Shown here in pieces: positions 27,176 through 36,358 of a stretch of DNA of 56,056 nt. This DNA is from an uncultured Bacilli bacterium (GTDB lineage: Bacteria > Bacillota_I > Bacilli_A > RF39 > UBA660). The stretch is taken from NCBI GenBank assembly GCA_944363835.1, contig CALVVJ010000001.1, forward strand, positions 1-56,056. The letters run 5' to 3'. Under the pieces are notes generated by a model. That model was not told where the DNA came from, searched no databases, and saw only the letters and a list, made by a program, of their open reading frames with translations. Position 1 is the stretch's first letter; each line of letters starts with the position of its first letter. The translations under genes and the position numbers were made by a program.

Positions 27176-28687
27176 ATGAACGGACAAAATCCGAATAATA
27201 ATCAATTAAATTCCAATGCCAATAACGGCATAAATGCTAGTGTTTTAGGTAGTGTTAGTCCAAATCCTACCCAAGCAACACCAGTAACTCCAACTCCTGG
27301 AGTAAATAGTGCACCAACATCACCAGTTAGTACACCTATGGGAACAGTACAACCGGCACCAACACCTAATGTGGCACCTAGTCCTCAAACACCGCAACCA
27401 AATTTGAATACTCCAACACCGTCGGTTGCTCCAGTTGGTACTCAAACACCTAATATGAATGCTACCCAACCACAAGTAAATGTAGCACCAAATGTTAATG
27501 TGGCACCAGCACCAACAGCTCCAACTCCAGCAAGCAGTGTTAATCCCGAACCAGTTGCTCAACCAATTCCGGGAACTAGTGGAACACCTTATCAAGCAAA
27601 TAGCTTAACGGGTAATACTGTCGGAGTAGGTACTCCAACAATGGGCCAAGATAATTTAAATTCTAATGGCTTTGTTGAACCTAAAAAAACAGAAAATATC
27701 GGAATTGTACCGCCACCAAGCAATCCAAATGCTAATGAACAAAAAAAGAAAAAAGGAATGAATAAGACTTTGTTTGTTGTCTTAATTATTGTTGCTATTG
27801 CGGCAGTTGCCTTTGGTGTATATTATTTCTTGAGTATAAGTAACAAAGTAAGTGTTACATTAAAAGATGTAACCATCGGAGTAGGAGATACCTTATCAGA
27901 TAATATCAATGATTATGCTACTATTAGTGGTAAAAATGCTGGAAGTTGTACTTTAAATATTCGTAATGTTGATACCCAAACACTTGGATCATACAACTTT
28001 ACTATAACTTGTGGTGATGAATCATTTACAGGTAAAGTAAATGTTAGTGATACAACTGCCCCAGAAGTTAGTTTAAATACTCTATATAAAGTAATAAATA
28101 GTACAGCAACTCTTGATGAATTTGTGGCATCGTGTACAGACCCTTCTGAATGTACTACCGCTTTTGCTAATGAAAATACTTTAACTAGTTATTTAGCAAC
28201 CGCTGGAGGCCCTTATTCAATTGAAATAACAGCAACTGATAACGCAGGTAATACCGGTACTTATAATGCCCAATTATATGTAACACCATATGCTATTAGA
28301 ATATTTAAAAATTGTGAATCGACAAGTAGCGAAGTATCTGGTTATCAAGCAACAAAAACAGTAAGAGATTACTTACCTATGGGTAATAATGATACTGGAG
28401 CCTTAGTTTATTTAGGAGTTTCTCAAAGAATATATACTTACGTATTTACTAATGCTGATGAATATAACTCTGTTATTGGAGATAAACCTCAAACATTAAC
28501 TTTTGATAGTATAACTGGTCAAGCATCTTATGACGATGATAAGTTAACCTTCCAAATAACAACTGATTTAAGTTTAGATACTCTAAATACTGAAGCAGGA
28601 GGAACTTTCCCAACTAATTATACTGATATAGATAACTATTATAAAAATTTGAGTTATACTTGTAATAATATTTCTCCAGCAAGTTAA
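27176..28687 (+). CDS. Single-pass membrane protein: Pro/Thr/Asn/Val-rich N-terminal region, TM helix, extracellular Ig-like domain(s)
   Basis: About 190 aa of low-complexity P/T/N/V sequence come first. Then a KKKKGMNK + LFVVLIIVAIAAVAFGVYYFL anchor follows. After that, VSDTTAPEV...ITATDNAGNTG resembles bacterial Ig-like (DUF5011/HYR-like) modules. Confidence 0.6.
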   Translation: MNGQNPNNNQLNSNANNGINASVLGSVSPNPTQATPVTPTPGVNSAPTSPVSTPMGTVQPAPTPNVAPSPQTPQPNLNTPTPSVAPVGTQTPNMNATQPQVNVAPNVNVAPAPTAPTPASSVNPEPVAQPIPGTSGTPYQANSLTGNTVGVGTPTMGQDNLNSNGFVEPKKTENIGIVPPPSNPNANEQKKKKGMNKTLFVVLIIVAIAAVAFGVYYFLSISNKVSVTLKDVTIGVGDTLSDNINDYATISGKNAGSCTLNIRNVDTQTLGSYNFTITCGDESFTGKVNVSDTTAPEVSLNTLYKVINSTATLDEFVASCTDPSECTTAFANENTLTSYLATAGGPYSIEITATDNAGNTGTYNAQLYVTPYAIRIFKNCESTSSEVSGYQATKTVRDYLPMGNNDTGALVYLGVSQRIYTYVFTNADEYNSVIGDKPQTLTFDSITGQASYDDDKLTFQITTDLSLDTLNTEAGGTFPTNYTDIDNYYKNLSYTCNNISPAS

Positions 28688-28703
28688 ATAAACTTTGCTA
28701 AAA

Positions 28704-28727
28704 GGATGTCATCGACATCTTTTTTTC
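28704..28727 (+). terminator. Rho-independent terminator
   Basis: The hairpin ggatgtc-atc-gacatct is followed by a T-run. Confidence 0.6.
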
Positions 28728-28777
28728 TTGTCATAGTCCTAACAACGTGATAAAATTTTAGTATAATAGGTGATTTA

Positions 28778-29569
28778 ATGAAAAAGAAAAAATGGATTTT
28801 GTATATTGTTGTAGCTTTATTAGTAGTTCTTTTATGTCTTTTATTTGTAACTATCTTTGATTTTGAAAAAGATTCTAAACCAACTGAAGAAGAACTTCCA
28901 GAAGTAACTACCGATTTAATCGATCAACTTTATAGTTATTTGCCATTAAATGAAATGGGCTTACATACTATGTATACTGGATATTATAATACCATTAATA
29001 ATATTAGCAATGATATTATTCTAAGTATGATTTATGAATATATTATAAATAATGATGAATTTAAATTAGAAAGTACCTCAATTGATGAAATGTTATCTTC
29101 TCAAGTAATTTCTAATGCTAGTGATATAACTCCATTATATAAAGTAAAAGTATCAGAAATTAATGCAATATTTCCCAAAATATTTGGTAGCGAAGCCAAA
29201 TTCAAAATTGCTGACTTCCGTTATGATTACAAAACCTTAGCAAAAGTTGACAGTAATAAAGAATACTTTTATATTTATAATAATACACCATTAAATACTG
29301 ATAAAAATGATATAGTATTTAAAAGTATTACCAAATACGCTGTAACTGAAAATAATCGAACAATTGAAATATATGATTATTACTTAAAATGCGATTTGAA
29401 TACTAATAATTGTTATAATGATGAAGAAAAAAGACTATTAAATAGTTCTATTAAATATACTGAAAACTTTGATATTAATAATTATCAAGATAAATTAATG
29501 ATTTATAAACACACTTTTAAATACGAAGATGGTTATTACTATTGGTTTTCATCTGATATTGCTGATTAA
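28778..29569 (+). CDS. N-terminally anchored protein of unknown function
   Basis: It has a signal anchor (KKKKWILYIVVALLVVLLCLLFVTIF). No recognisable motifs were seen. Confidence 0.55.
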   Translation: MKKKKWILYIVVALLVVLLCLLFVTIFDFEKDSKPTEEELPEVTTDLIDQLYSYLPLNEMGLHTMYTGYYNTINNISNDIILSMIYEYIINNDEFKLESTSIDEMLSSQVISNASDITPLYKVKVSEINAIFPKIFGSEAKFKIADFRYDYKTLAKVDSNKEYFYIYNNTPLNTDKNDIVFKSITKYAVTENNRTIEIYDYYLKCDLNTNNCYNDEEKRLLNSSIKYTENFDINNYQDKLMIYKHTFKYEDGYYYWFSSDIAD

Positions 29570-29589
29570 TCTTTTTCAGGGGGTGAATT

Positions 29590-30594
29590 ATGCAAAATAT
29601 TTATAGTCTAGCTTATGACACTTTATTAGAAGCTAGCATTGCTTGTATTACTAAGAAAAAAGGATTTCCATCGCTAGTAGAATTTTTAACTACTCTTGAT
29701 AGTGATCTTGACGATTTAATTTTAAAGCGAACTGCTTCTTTAAATATTGACAAAAATTTTTTTAAAGCTGTAATGATGTTAACCTTTTGTAGTTGTGCTT
29801 ATTTAAATAGCTCTTATGATGTCCGTCGTGAAGTAAATGTCGAAGAAGCCGAAATGCTTAGGGACTATTTGGAGTGTATGGCACCTCAAGAAATTATTTT
29901 ATTATTCTTTAAAAATGATTTTATTTTAGAAGTTCTTTATGAATCTTTTTATAACTATGTCAATAACACTTATATTTATCGCTATTGTTGTTGGGCAAAT
30001 ATTCAAAATGAAAATAAGACTAAAAAATTACTCAATATAAATCCTTTTGTGATTTTAGAAACCGATACCGCTTTACTAGATAAAGGGTTTACACAAACAG
30101 AATTGACAATTCAACTATTTTACGATTTATACGATAAAGCTTTAGAAGAATCTTCTGAAGACACCGAATATACTGAAGAAGAGGACGAAAATATTTTTAA
30201 TAAATTGATTATAAAGAATTTTCGCCGGCTAATTTCTAATCACTTTAAAGATAATGAAAATGAGATTGCTAATTTCTATTCGATGATTTTAGGTATTGTT
30301 TATGAAAATTTAATACTACATACGGAAAAGAAAAAAAGATATCAAAAGCAAAGACTAAATTTAATAAGAAAACTAGAAGAATATTCTCCTGAGGATTTAA
30401 TTTGTCTTTTGCAAACTGATGACAAATTTACATCAGATATAATAAATTTATTTATTTCTTACAATGATTTTTTAGAAAAAAGTGAATTTATAGCCCGTCG
30501 TAGAAATTTTATAAAAAGAGGGGATAGTAATAAATTAAAAGAATTTAACCCTTACTTTGATGAAGAAGTTCAATTGCTAAAAAGATTAAAATAA
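29590..30594 (+). CDS. Hypothetical cytoplasmic protein
   Basis: The ORF is 334 aa, with GGGGTG SD-like sequence upstream. No recognisable motifs were seen. Confidence 0.5.
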   Translation: MQNIYSLAYDTLLEASIACITKKKGFPSLVEFLTTLDSDLDDLILKRTASLNIDKNFFKAVMMLTFCSCAYLNSSYDVRREVNVEEAEMLRDYLECMAPQEIILLFFKNDFILEVLYESFYNYVNNTYIYRYCCWANIQNENKTKKLLNINPFVILETDTALLDKGFTQTELTIQLFYDLYDKALEESSEDTEYTEEEDENIFNKLIIKNFRRLISNHFKDNENEIANFYSMILGIVYENLILHTEKKKRYQKQRLNLIRKLEEYSPEDLICLLQTDDKFTSDIINLFISYNDFLEKSEFIARRRNFIKRGDSNKLKEFNPYFDEEVQLLKRLK

Positions 30595-30619
30595 AAAGTT
30601 CCTATTGATGGGAACTTTT
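30594..30619. terminator. Hairpin shared by convergent genes
   Basis: The sequence aaaagttcc-tattgatg-ggaactttt sits between the stop codons of 29590-30594 (+) and 30618-32186 (-). Confidence 0.6.
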
Positions 30620-32186
30620 ATTCATTTATTAATACAGCATGAACAACATAACGATTATATTCATCGGCGCAAGTTGAAAGAGTAAGTATTTTACTATCTC
30701 CAGATAACGTAACACCAAAATCATAAATACTTCGTTCTTTTAACATATTATAAAAATCTAATCTTTCTTGATCACTTTTAAATATCGTTTGCATGTAATC
30801 AGTAGTGACTGATATCTTATAAACGGCAAATATTTGATATTCTAAATTATCATATAGTGTTCGCAATGATATTATTTGATTTTCAGGATTACTATACCAA
30901 CTATATCTCAAAGTATTTTGTAATGTTCCAAACATAACTCCACTATGATACCGATTATGGCCATATATAATTGTGTTATCACTTATCTTTTCAGCATCAT
31001 TATGATAATCCATAAAAATCCATCCGTTATTATCTTCTTCCATATAATAATTGTGCTTTAAATAATATTCATTATTTATATTCTGAACTACGGGATAATC
31101 AATATTAGTATTATTAACTTTTAACCAACCGACAGTGTCTGGATTTTCTTGCCATAAAGCCGCAATATCTTCATTAATTACCAATTTGTCATTTTCTTCT
31201 TTATTTTCATTTAAATCTGCCATTATCTTTTCTGAATCACTTATTTGAATCACTTGCGTTATTTTTTCTTGTATTTCTGTAACGTTTTTCATCGACATAT
31301 AATTATCATAGAAAACATATCCAAATGAGAAAAAGACAATTAATAAAATTAAATAACTACAGGCTTTTAAAATATTTAAATTAGCCTGTTTAAAAATATT
31401 ATCTCTTAAATATTCATTGCTATAAGCCAATTTAAAAGTAATTTTATATTTTTTACTTTTTCTTTTATTAAACCTTCGCAAATATTCAATAACTTCTTCA
31501 TTATCGATATTTTCATGGATAACTATTTTTATATTTCTCTTGCCGTTTTTCTTAAGTATTGCAATTAAAAACTCTAAATCATTTTTATTTATAGCATTAA
31601 TATTAATTGTTTTTAAATATTTATTTATTTTGCAAAATGCTTCAAAATCTTGCTCATCTTGTTCTGACATTGGGAATTCTATTTTTAAAGTAATCTTATA
31701 AAACAAATTAGAAAATTGACTTAGATCATTTTCCAACATAAAGTTTGATAAAAAAAGAATTTCACTTCTTGTCTCTACCATAATATTGTATTTATCTAAA
31801 TATTCAATCATAAAAGGTTGAAGAGCATAACAATTGACATTTTTGATATAAGACTGCATAATTCCTTCACACATAGCAAATGTTAAAGGACTGTCCTCTT
31901 TTAAAATTAATGTTGTTATTTGTTTATTATTTTTTAAAATTATTATAAAAGGTAAAGCAAATAAATTACTTTCTAAAATAACCGTATTTAAATTATAAGA
32001 TTTTGTTATTTCACTTAAAAAAGTTGCTACAATTTTACTATTGTCATTTATATAATCTAGAGAAAATACTAACTCATTACAACTAATTACATTGGTGTTT
32101 ATAATATTTTTATATTCAGTAGACAACTTTACTTTTTCTTTTACAATTAAGGCGTTATCTTTGATTTTTATTAATATTTTCTTCAT
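30618..32186 (-). CDS. srtB: Class B sortase with a ~270-aa N-terminal cytoplasmic extension
   Basis: The C-terminal ~200 aa carry sortase B hallmarks: TIIYGHNRYH (catalytic His), LTLSTCAD (catalytic Cys) and RYVVHAVL (Arg). A TM helix ACSYLILLIVFFSFGYVFY precedes the catalytic domain. The N-terminal domain has no recognisable motif. Confidence 0.85.
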   Translation of the reverse strand: MKKILIKIKDNALIVKEKVKLSTEYKNIINTNVISCNELVFSLDYINDNSKIVATFLSEITKSYNLNTVILESNLFALPFIIILKNNKQITTLILKEDSPLTFAMCEGIMQSYIKNVNCYALQPFMIEYLDKYNIMVETRSEILFLSNFMLENDLSQFSNLFYKITLKIEFPMSEQDEQDFEAFCKINKYLKTININAINKNDLEFLIAILKKNGKRNIKIVIHENIDNEEVIEYLRRFNKRKSKKYKITFKLAYSNEYLRDNIFKQANLNILKACSYLILLIVFFSFGYVFYDNYMSMKNVTEIQEKITQVIQISDSEKIMADLNENKEENDKLVINEDIAALWQENPDTVGWLKVNNTNIDYPVVQNINNEYYLKHNYYMEEDNNGWIFMDYHNDAEKISDNTIIYGHNRYHSGVMFGTLQNTLRYSWYSNPENQIISLRTLYDNLEYQIFAVYKISVTTDYMQTIFKSDQERLDFYNMLKERSIYDFGVTLSGDSKILTLSTCADEYNRYVVHAVLINE

Positions 32187-32308
32187 TTTCTCACCTATAT
32201 TACTTTAATATGATAACACAAATTTACACATTTTAATATAATTTTTGAAAAAATATGTTGTTTTTTGTATTTTTATGATATAATTTAGACATAATAAAGA
32301 TAGGAGAG

Positions 32309-32869
32309 ATGTGTGTGAAAAAATTATTGAGTGTTTTAGTTATAGGTGTAGTGTTATTTTTACCGTTAGGTGCTAAAGCATTGGATTTAGGATTTAACTG
32401 CGAAAAGAGTTGCCGAAATGAAGATACTGGAGTTTGTGAACAAAGATGTACATTATCCATTTCAGGAAATACTAATCCTGAAGGACTTACATCAGTAACT
32501 CCAACATTTACCATTACTGGTGATGCTGACAAAGTTAGATTAGGAAGTTTAACTGCTGCTAGCGATAACATTATTGCATCAAGTTCTAGAGCTGGTGATG
32601 TAATAACTATGGAATTCGTTTTTACTGGAGCTATTACGGAAGAAAGTTTTGATTTAGGAACTCTAGTACTTGAACTAGATGACAATGCAACTGACTGTAG
32701 TGGTAAATTTGCTCTTAATGGTGTAGAATATCCTGAAATTAAAATTGAAATTACAGAAGAAGTTGAAACTGGCGTAGCACTACCATTGACAATCCTTGCT
32801 TGTGGTGTAGGTGCTGGAGCTGTTATCTACGTTGTAACTAAGAAAAACAAAAAAATATATAAAATCTAA
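32309..32869 (+). CDS. Small secreted Cys-containing protein with a C-terminal cell-wall sorting signal (EVETG motif)
   Basis: It has a signal peptide (KKLLSVLVIGVVLFLPLGAKA). The C-terminus is tripartite: EVETG (nt 32759-32773), a hydrophobic stretch VALPLTILACGVGAGAVIYVV, then KKNKKIYKI. It is divergent from the sortase gene. AGGAGA is better spaced for GTG 32315 than for ATG 32309. Confidence 0.65.
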   Translation: MCVKKLLSVLVIGVVLFLPLGAKALDLGFNCEKSCRNEDTGVCEQRCTLSISGNTNPEGLTSVTPTFTITGDADKVRLGSLTAASDNIIASSSRAGDVITMEFVFTGAITEESFDLGTLVLELDDNATDCSGKFALNGVEYPEIKIEITEEVETGVALPLTILACGVGAGAVIYVVTKKNKKIYKI

Positions 32870-32887
32870 CAAAATATTGTAATTTTT

Positions 32888-32918
32888 AACAATCTTAGGT
32901 TCCTAAGATTGTTTTTTT
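32888..32918 (+). terminator. Rho-independent terminator
   Basis: The stem aacaatcttag / ctaagattgtt is followed by TTTTT. Confidence 0.7.
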
Positions 32919-32946
32919 ATGTTACAATAAGGACAGGTGATTTGAA

Positions 32947-34851
32947 ATGCGTGAGTTTACAGAACAAGAACTAGTTAGAAGAAAAAAACTAGACAATATT
33001 AGAGAATTAGGAATTGACCCTTTCGGTCATAAATATGAAGTAACTGATTTCTCTTTAGATATTAAAGAAAAATATAAAGGTAAATCTCATGAAGAATTAG
33101 AAAATATGCAAGCAACAGTAAGTGTTGCTGGTAGAATAATGTTTATTCGGAAGATGGGAAAAGCCAGTTTCTTTTCTATCAAAGATAAACTAGGAAGTAT
33201 TCAAATATATATATCAATTAATGATGTAGGGGAAGAAACATATAATCTTTTTAAGACAGCTGACATCGGAGATATTGTGGGTATTAAAGGTACAGTTATG
33301 GTTACCCAAACTGGAGAAATAACGATTAAATGTAAGGAATATACTCATTTAGTTAAAGCTTTAAAACCACTTCCAGAAAAATATCATGGTTTGAGTGATG
33401 TTGAAGAAAGATTTAGAAGACGTTATGTCGATTTAATCATGAACGATGATGCAAGACGTGTTGCTTTTGCTCGTCCAAAGATTATACGTTCTATCCAACA
33501 TTATCTAGATAGTAGAGGTTATGTTGAAGTTGAAACCCCAATTCTTGGAACAATCCTTGGAGGAGCTGCTGCCAGACCTTTTATAACCCATCATAATGCT
33601 CAAAATATTGATATGTATTTACGTATTGCTACGGAACTACCTTTAAAACGTTTATTAGTTGGAGGTATGGATGCAGTTTACGAAATTGGGAGGATTTTTA
33701 GAAACGAAGGTATGGACAGAAAACATAATCCTGAGTTTACAACTATCGAATTATACAAAGCATTCTCTGATTTAGAGGGTATGATGGACGTTGCTGAAGG
33801 TATATTTAGTACATGTGCTATGGAATTAAATGGTACCTATGAAGTAGATTTTCTAGGTCATCATATCAATTTAGCACCAGGATTCAGAAGAGCTCATATG
33901 GTCGATTTAATAAAAGAAAAAACTGGTATCGATTTCTTCCAAGACATGAGTTTTGAAGATGCCAAAAAATTAGCTGAAGAACATGGTATTGAAGTCGAAG
34001 AACACTTTGGCTATGGTCATATTGTTAATGCTTTCTTCGAAAAATATGTTGAAGATACAATCGTTGATCCTACTTTTGTTTATGGTCATCCAATTGAAAT
34101 TAGTCCATTAGCTAAAAAAGATTCAAAAGATCCAAGATTTACTCAAAGATTTGAGCTTTTTATCGCCGGTTCGGAATATGGAAATGCTTTTACAGAATTA
34201 AATGATCCAATTGATCAATATGAACGATTTGAAAATCAATTAAAAGAAAAAGATTTAGGAAATGACGAAGCTAATGAAATGGATTTAGACTTTGTAGAAG
34301 CCCTAGAATATGGTATGCCTCCAGCTGGTGGTATGGGTATTGGAATTGACCGTTTGGTAATGTTACTAACTGGTAGTGAAACTATTAGAGAAGTAATTTT
34401 ATTCCCAACAATGAAACCATTAGATAAGACTGCTCCTTCTAAAATTGCTCCAGTTACTCCTGAAATTTCTAAAATTGACTTTTCAAATGTAGAAATTGAA
34501 CCACTATTTAAAGATACTATCGATTTTGAAACATTCCAAAAATCTGATTTTAGGGCAGTTAAAGTTAAAGAATGTAGTGCAGTATCAGGTTCTAAAAAAT
34601 TATTGAAATTTGTTTTAGATGATGGTAGTGGTGTAGATAGAATAATATTAAGTGGTATTCATGATACATATGAACCAGAAGAATTAGTGGGTAAAACCCT
34701 AATAGCTATCACTAATTTAGAAACTCGTAAAATTATGGGAATCGACTCTTGTGGCATGATTATTAGTGCAATTCACCACGAAAATGGTGTTGAAAAACTT
34801 CATCTTCTAATGGTAGATGACGCTATTCCTGCTGGAGCAAAATTATATTAA
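32947..34851 (+). CDS. lysS: Lysine--tRNA ligase (class II) fused to a C-terminal Trbp111/EMAPII-like tRNA-binding domain
   Basis: LysRS blocks are present (FRRRYVDL, FRNEGMDRKHNPEFTTIE, GGMGIGIDRLVMLL). An extra ~140 aa follows: DFRAVKVKECSAVSGSKKLLKFVLDDGSG.DRIILSGIHDTYEPEELVGKTLIAITNLETRKIMGIDSCGMIISA. This matches the MetRS / PheT / CsaA tRNA-binding OB fold. Confidence 0.93.
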   Translation: MREFTEQELVRRKKLDNIRELGIDPFGHKYEVTDFSLDIKEKYKGKSHEELENMQATVSVAGRIMFIRKMGKASFFSIKDKLGSIQIYISINDVGEETYNLFKTADIGDIVGIKGTVMVTQTGEITIKCKEYTHLVKALKPLPEKYHGLSDVEERFRRRYVDLIMNDDARRVAFARPKIIRSIQHYLDSRGYVEVETPILGTILGGAAARPFITHHNAQNIDMYLRIATELPLKRLLVGGMDAVYEIGRIFRNEGMDRKHNPEFTTIELYKAFSDLEGMMDVAEGIFSTCAMELNGTYEVDFLGHHINLAPGFRRAHMVDLIKEKTGIDFFQDMSFEDAKKLAEEHGIEVEEHFGYGHIVNAFFEKYVEDTIVDPTFVYGHPIEISPLAKKDSKDPRFTQRFELFIAGSEYGNAFTELNDPIDQYERFENQLKEKDLGNDEANEMDLDFVEALEYGMPPAGGMGIGIDRLVMLLTGSETIREVILFPTMKPLDKTAPSKIAPVTPEISKIDFSNVEIEPLFKDTIDFETFQKSDFRAVKVKECSAVSGSKKLLKFVLDDGSGVDRIILSGIHDTYEPEELVGKTLIAITNLETRKIMGIDSCGMIISAIHHENGVEKLHLLMVDDAIPAGAKLY

Positions 34852-34860
34852 TGAAAAAAG

Positions 34861-34893
34861 GAATTCTATTTCATTCGATAGAATTCTTTTTTT
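34861..34893 (+). terminator. Rho-independent terminator of lysS
   Basis: The hairpin gaattctat-ttcattcg-atagaattc is followed by a T-run. Confidence 0.7.
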
Positions 34894-34946
34894 AGTCTTG
34901 TATAAAATTTCTTTAATGTTATAATTAAAATAAGGTAGGTGTAGTA

Positions 34947-35669
34947 ATGAAAAAGATAATTATATTAATATTTGGCATTTTTTTAATTAGTGGCTGTAGT
35001 TGTAGTAAAGATGAAAATACCTTAGTAATGGCTACAGAAGCAGGATTCGCTCCATACGAATATTATGAAAATAATGAAATAGTTGGTGTAGATGTCGATA
35101 TAGCCAAAGAAATAGCAGCTGCAATGGGAAAAGAACTAGTAATTAAAGATGTTGCTTTTGATTCAATAATTAACGAAGTAAAAAGTGGTAAAGCAGACTT
35201 TGGTGCTGCAGGAATTAGTTACAGCGAAGAAAGAGCTGAAGAAGTAGACTTTACCATAAACTATACAACTTCTAAACAAATTGTAATAGTTAAAGAAGAT
35301 AGTAATATTACAACTAATGATTTAGATAATTTAAAAATTGCTGTTCAACTTGGTAGTGTTGGTGATACTTTTGTTACGGAAAATTATCCAAATGCGCAAA
35401 TAACTCGTCAAAAGAAGTATTTGGCAGCTATTCAGGACCTGTTAACTGATAAAGTAGATTGTGTAGTTATGGATGAATTGCCGGCTATAGAAATGCTTAA
35501 GAATAATCCAGGTCTTAAGATATTAGATAAAGAACTATTTACAGATAGTTATGGTATGATAGTTAAAAAAGGGAATACTGAATTATTAAATGCGATTAAT
35601 GAAGTGTTAAAAAAATTAGTTGAAGAAGGAAAGATAGAAGAATTTGTTATAAATCATTCTAAAGGGTAA
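34947..35669 (+). CDS. Polar amino-acid ABC transporter substrate-binding lipoprotein
   Basis: It has a lipobox (LISGCS) and an SBP family 3 pattern (LVMATEAGFAPYEY, VDFT.NY). Confidence 0.85.
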   Translation: MKKIIILIFGIFLISGCSCSKDENTLVMATEAGFAPYEYYENNEIVGVDVDIAKEIAAAMGKELVIKDVAFDSIINEVKSGKADFGAAGISYSEERAEEVDFTINYTTSKQIVIVKEDSNITTNDLDNLKIAVQLGSVGDTFVTENYPNAQITRQKKYLAAIQDLLTDKVDCVVMDELPAIEMLKNNPGLKILDKELFTDSYGMIVKKGNTELLNAINEVLKKLVEEGKIEEFVINHSKG

Positions 35670-35671
35670 TC

Positions 35672-36358
35672 ATGAACTTATTGGATAATTTATATAAAAC
35701 TTTAATATATGATAATCGATATCTTTTTTTCTTAGAAGGAATTAAAAACACTATAATAATCGCTTTTTTTGCTGGAATTATCGGGGTAATAATTGGAATA
35801 ATTGTTGCTTTAATAAAAAACTATCATGAAAAAACTAATAAATTAAAAACTCTAAATTTTCTGGCATCATGCTATGTAAATATCATTAGAGGAACTCCAA
35901 CTATTTTACAACTTATGATAATTTACTATGTCATATTTGCCAGTGTCGAAATAAATATTGTCGTTGTGGGTATTCTTGCTTTTGGTATTAACTCAGGAGC
36001 ATATGTTTCCGAAATCATTCGAGCTGGAATAAATTCCATCGATAAAGGACAAATTGAAGCAGGAAGTTCCTTAGGTTTAAATTATCCTAAAATTATGCGT
36101 TATATTATTATGCCTCAAGCTATTAAAAACATTTTGCCAGCTTTAGGTAATGAATTTATTACTTTAGTAAAAGAAACTTCTGTTGGAGCTTACATTGGTA
36201 TTATTGAACTTACTAAAGCCTCAGATATTGTAGCTTCAAGAACTTATGAATATTTCTTTCCTCTTATAATTGCAGCAATAATTTATTTAATAATAACATT
36301 AAGTTTATCAAAACTAATAAAGATAATGGAAAGGAAACTAAATAATGTTAATAGTTAA
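35672..36358 (+). CDS. Polar amino-acid ABC transporter permease
   Basis: It has the [15 protein letters not shown] block and an EAA-like loop ([23 protein letters not shown]). Confidence 0.88.
   Translation: MNLLDNLYKTLIYDNRYLFFLEGIKNTIIIAFFAGIIGVIIGIIVALIKNYHEKTNKLKTLNFLASCYVNIIRGTPTILQLMIIYYVIFASVEINIVVVGILAFGINSGAYVSEIIRAGINSIDKGQIEAGSSLGLNYPKIMRYIIMPQAIKNILPALGNEFITLVKETSVGAYIGIIELTKASDIVASRTYEYFFPLIIAAIIYLIITLSLSKLIKIMERKLNNVNS

Noticed and set aside
32233-32685. A 150-aa minus-strand ORF overlapping the putative sortase substrate
   Set aside because: It is antisense to a plus-strand ORF that has an SD, a signal peptide and a sorting signal. Its product is Ser-rich and low-complexity, with no start context. 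The same reasoning applies to the other antisense ORFs in the track:
- 13768-14085
- 15423-15731
- 19100-19357
- 27320-27595
- 39204-39506
- 40267-40653
- 40948-41316
- 41455-41721
- 45533-45856
- 47116-47787
- 52171-52440
- 52894-53277
32870-32946. Expected T-box leader upstream of lysS
   Set aside because: Only 77 nt separate the upstream stop from the lysS start. Most of that is a terminator hairpin, which is too short for a T-box riboswitch.
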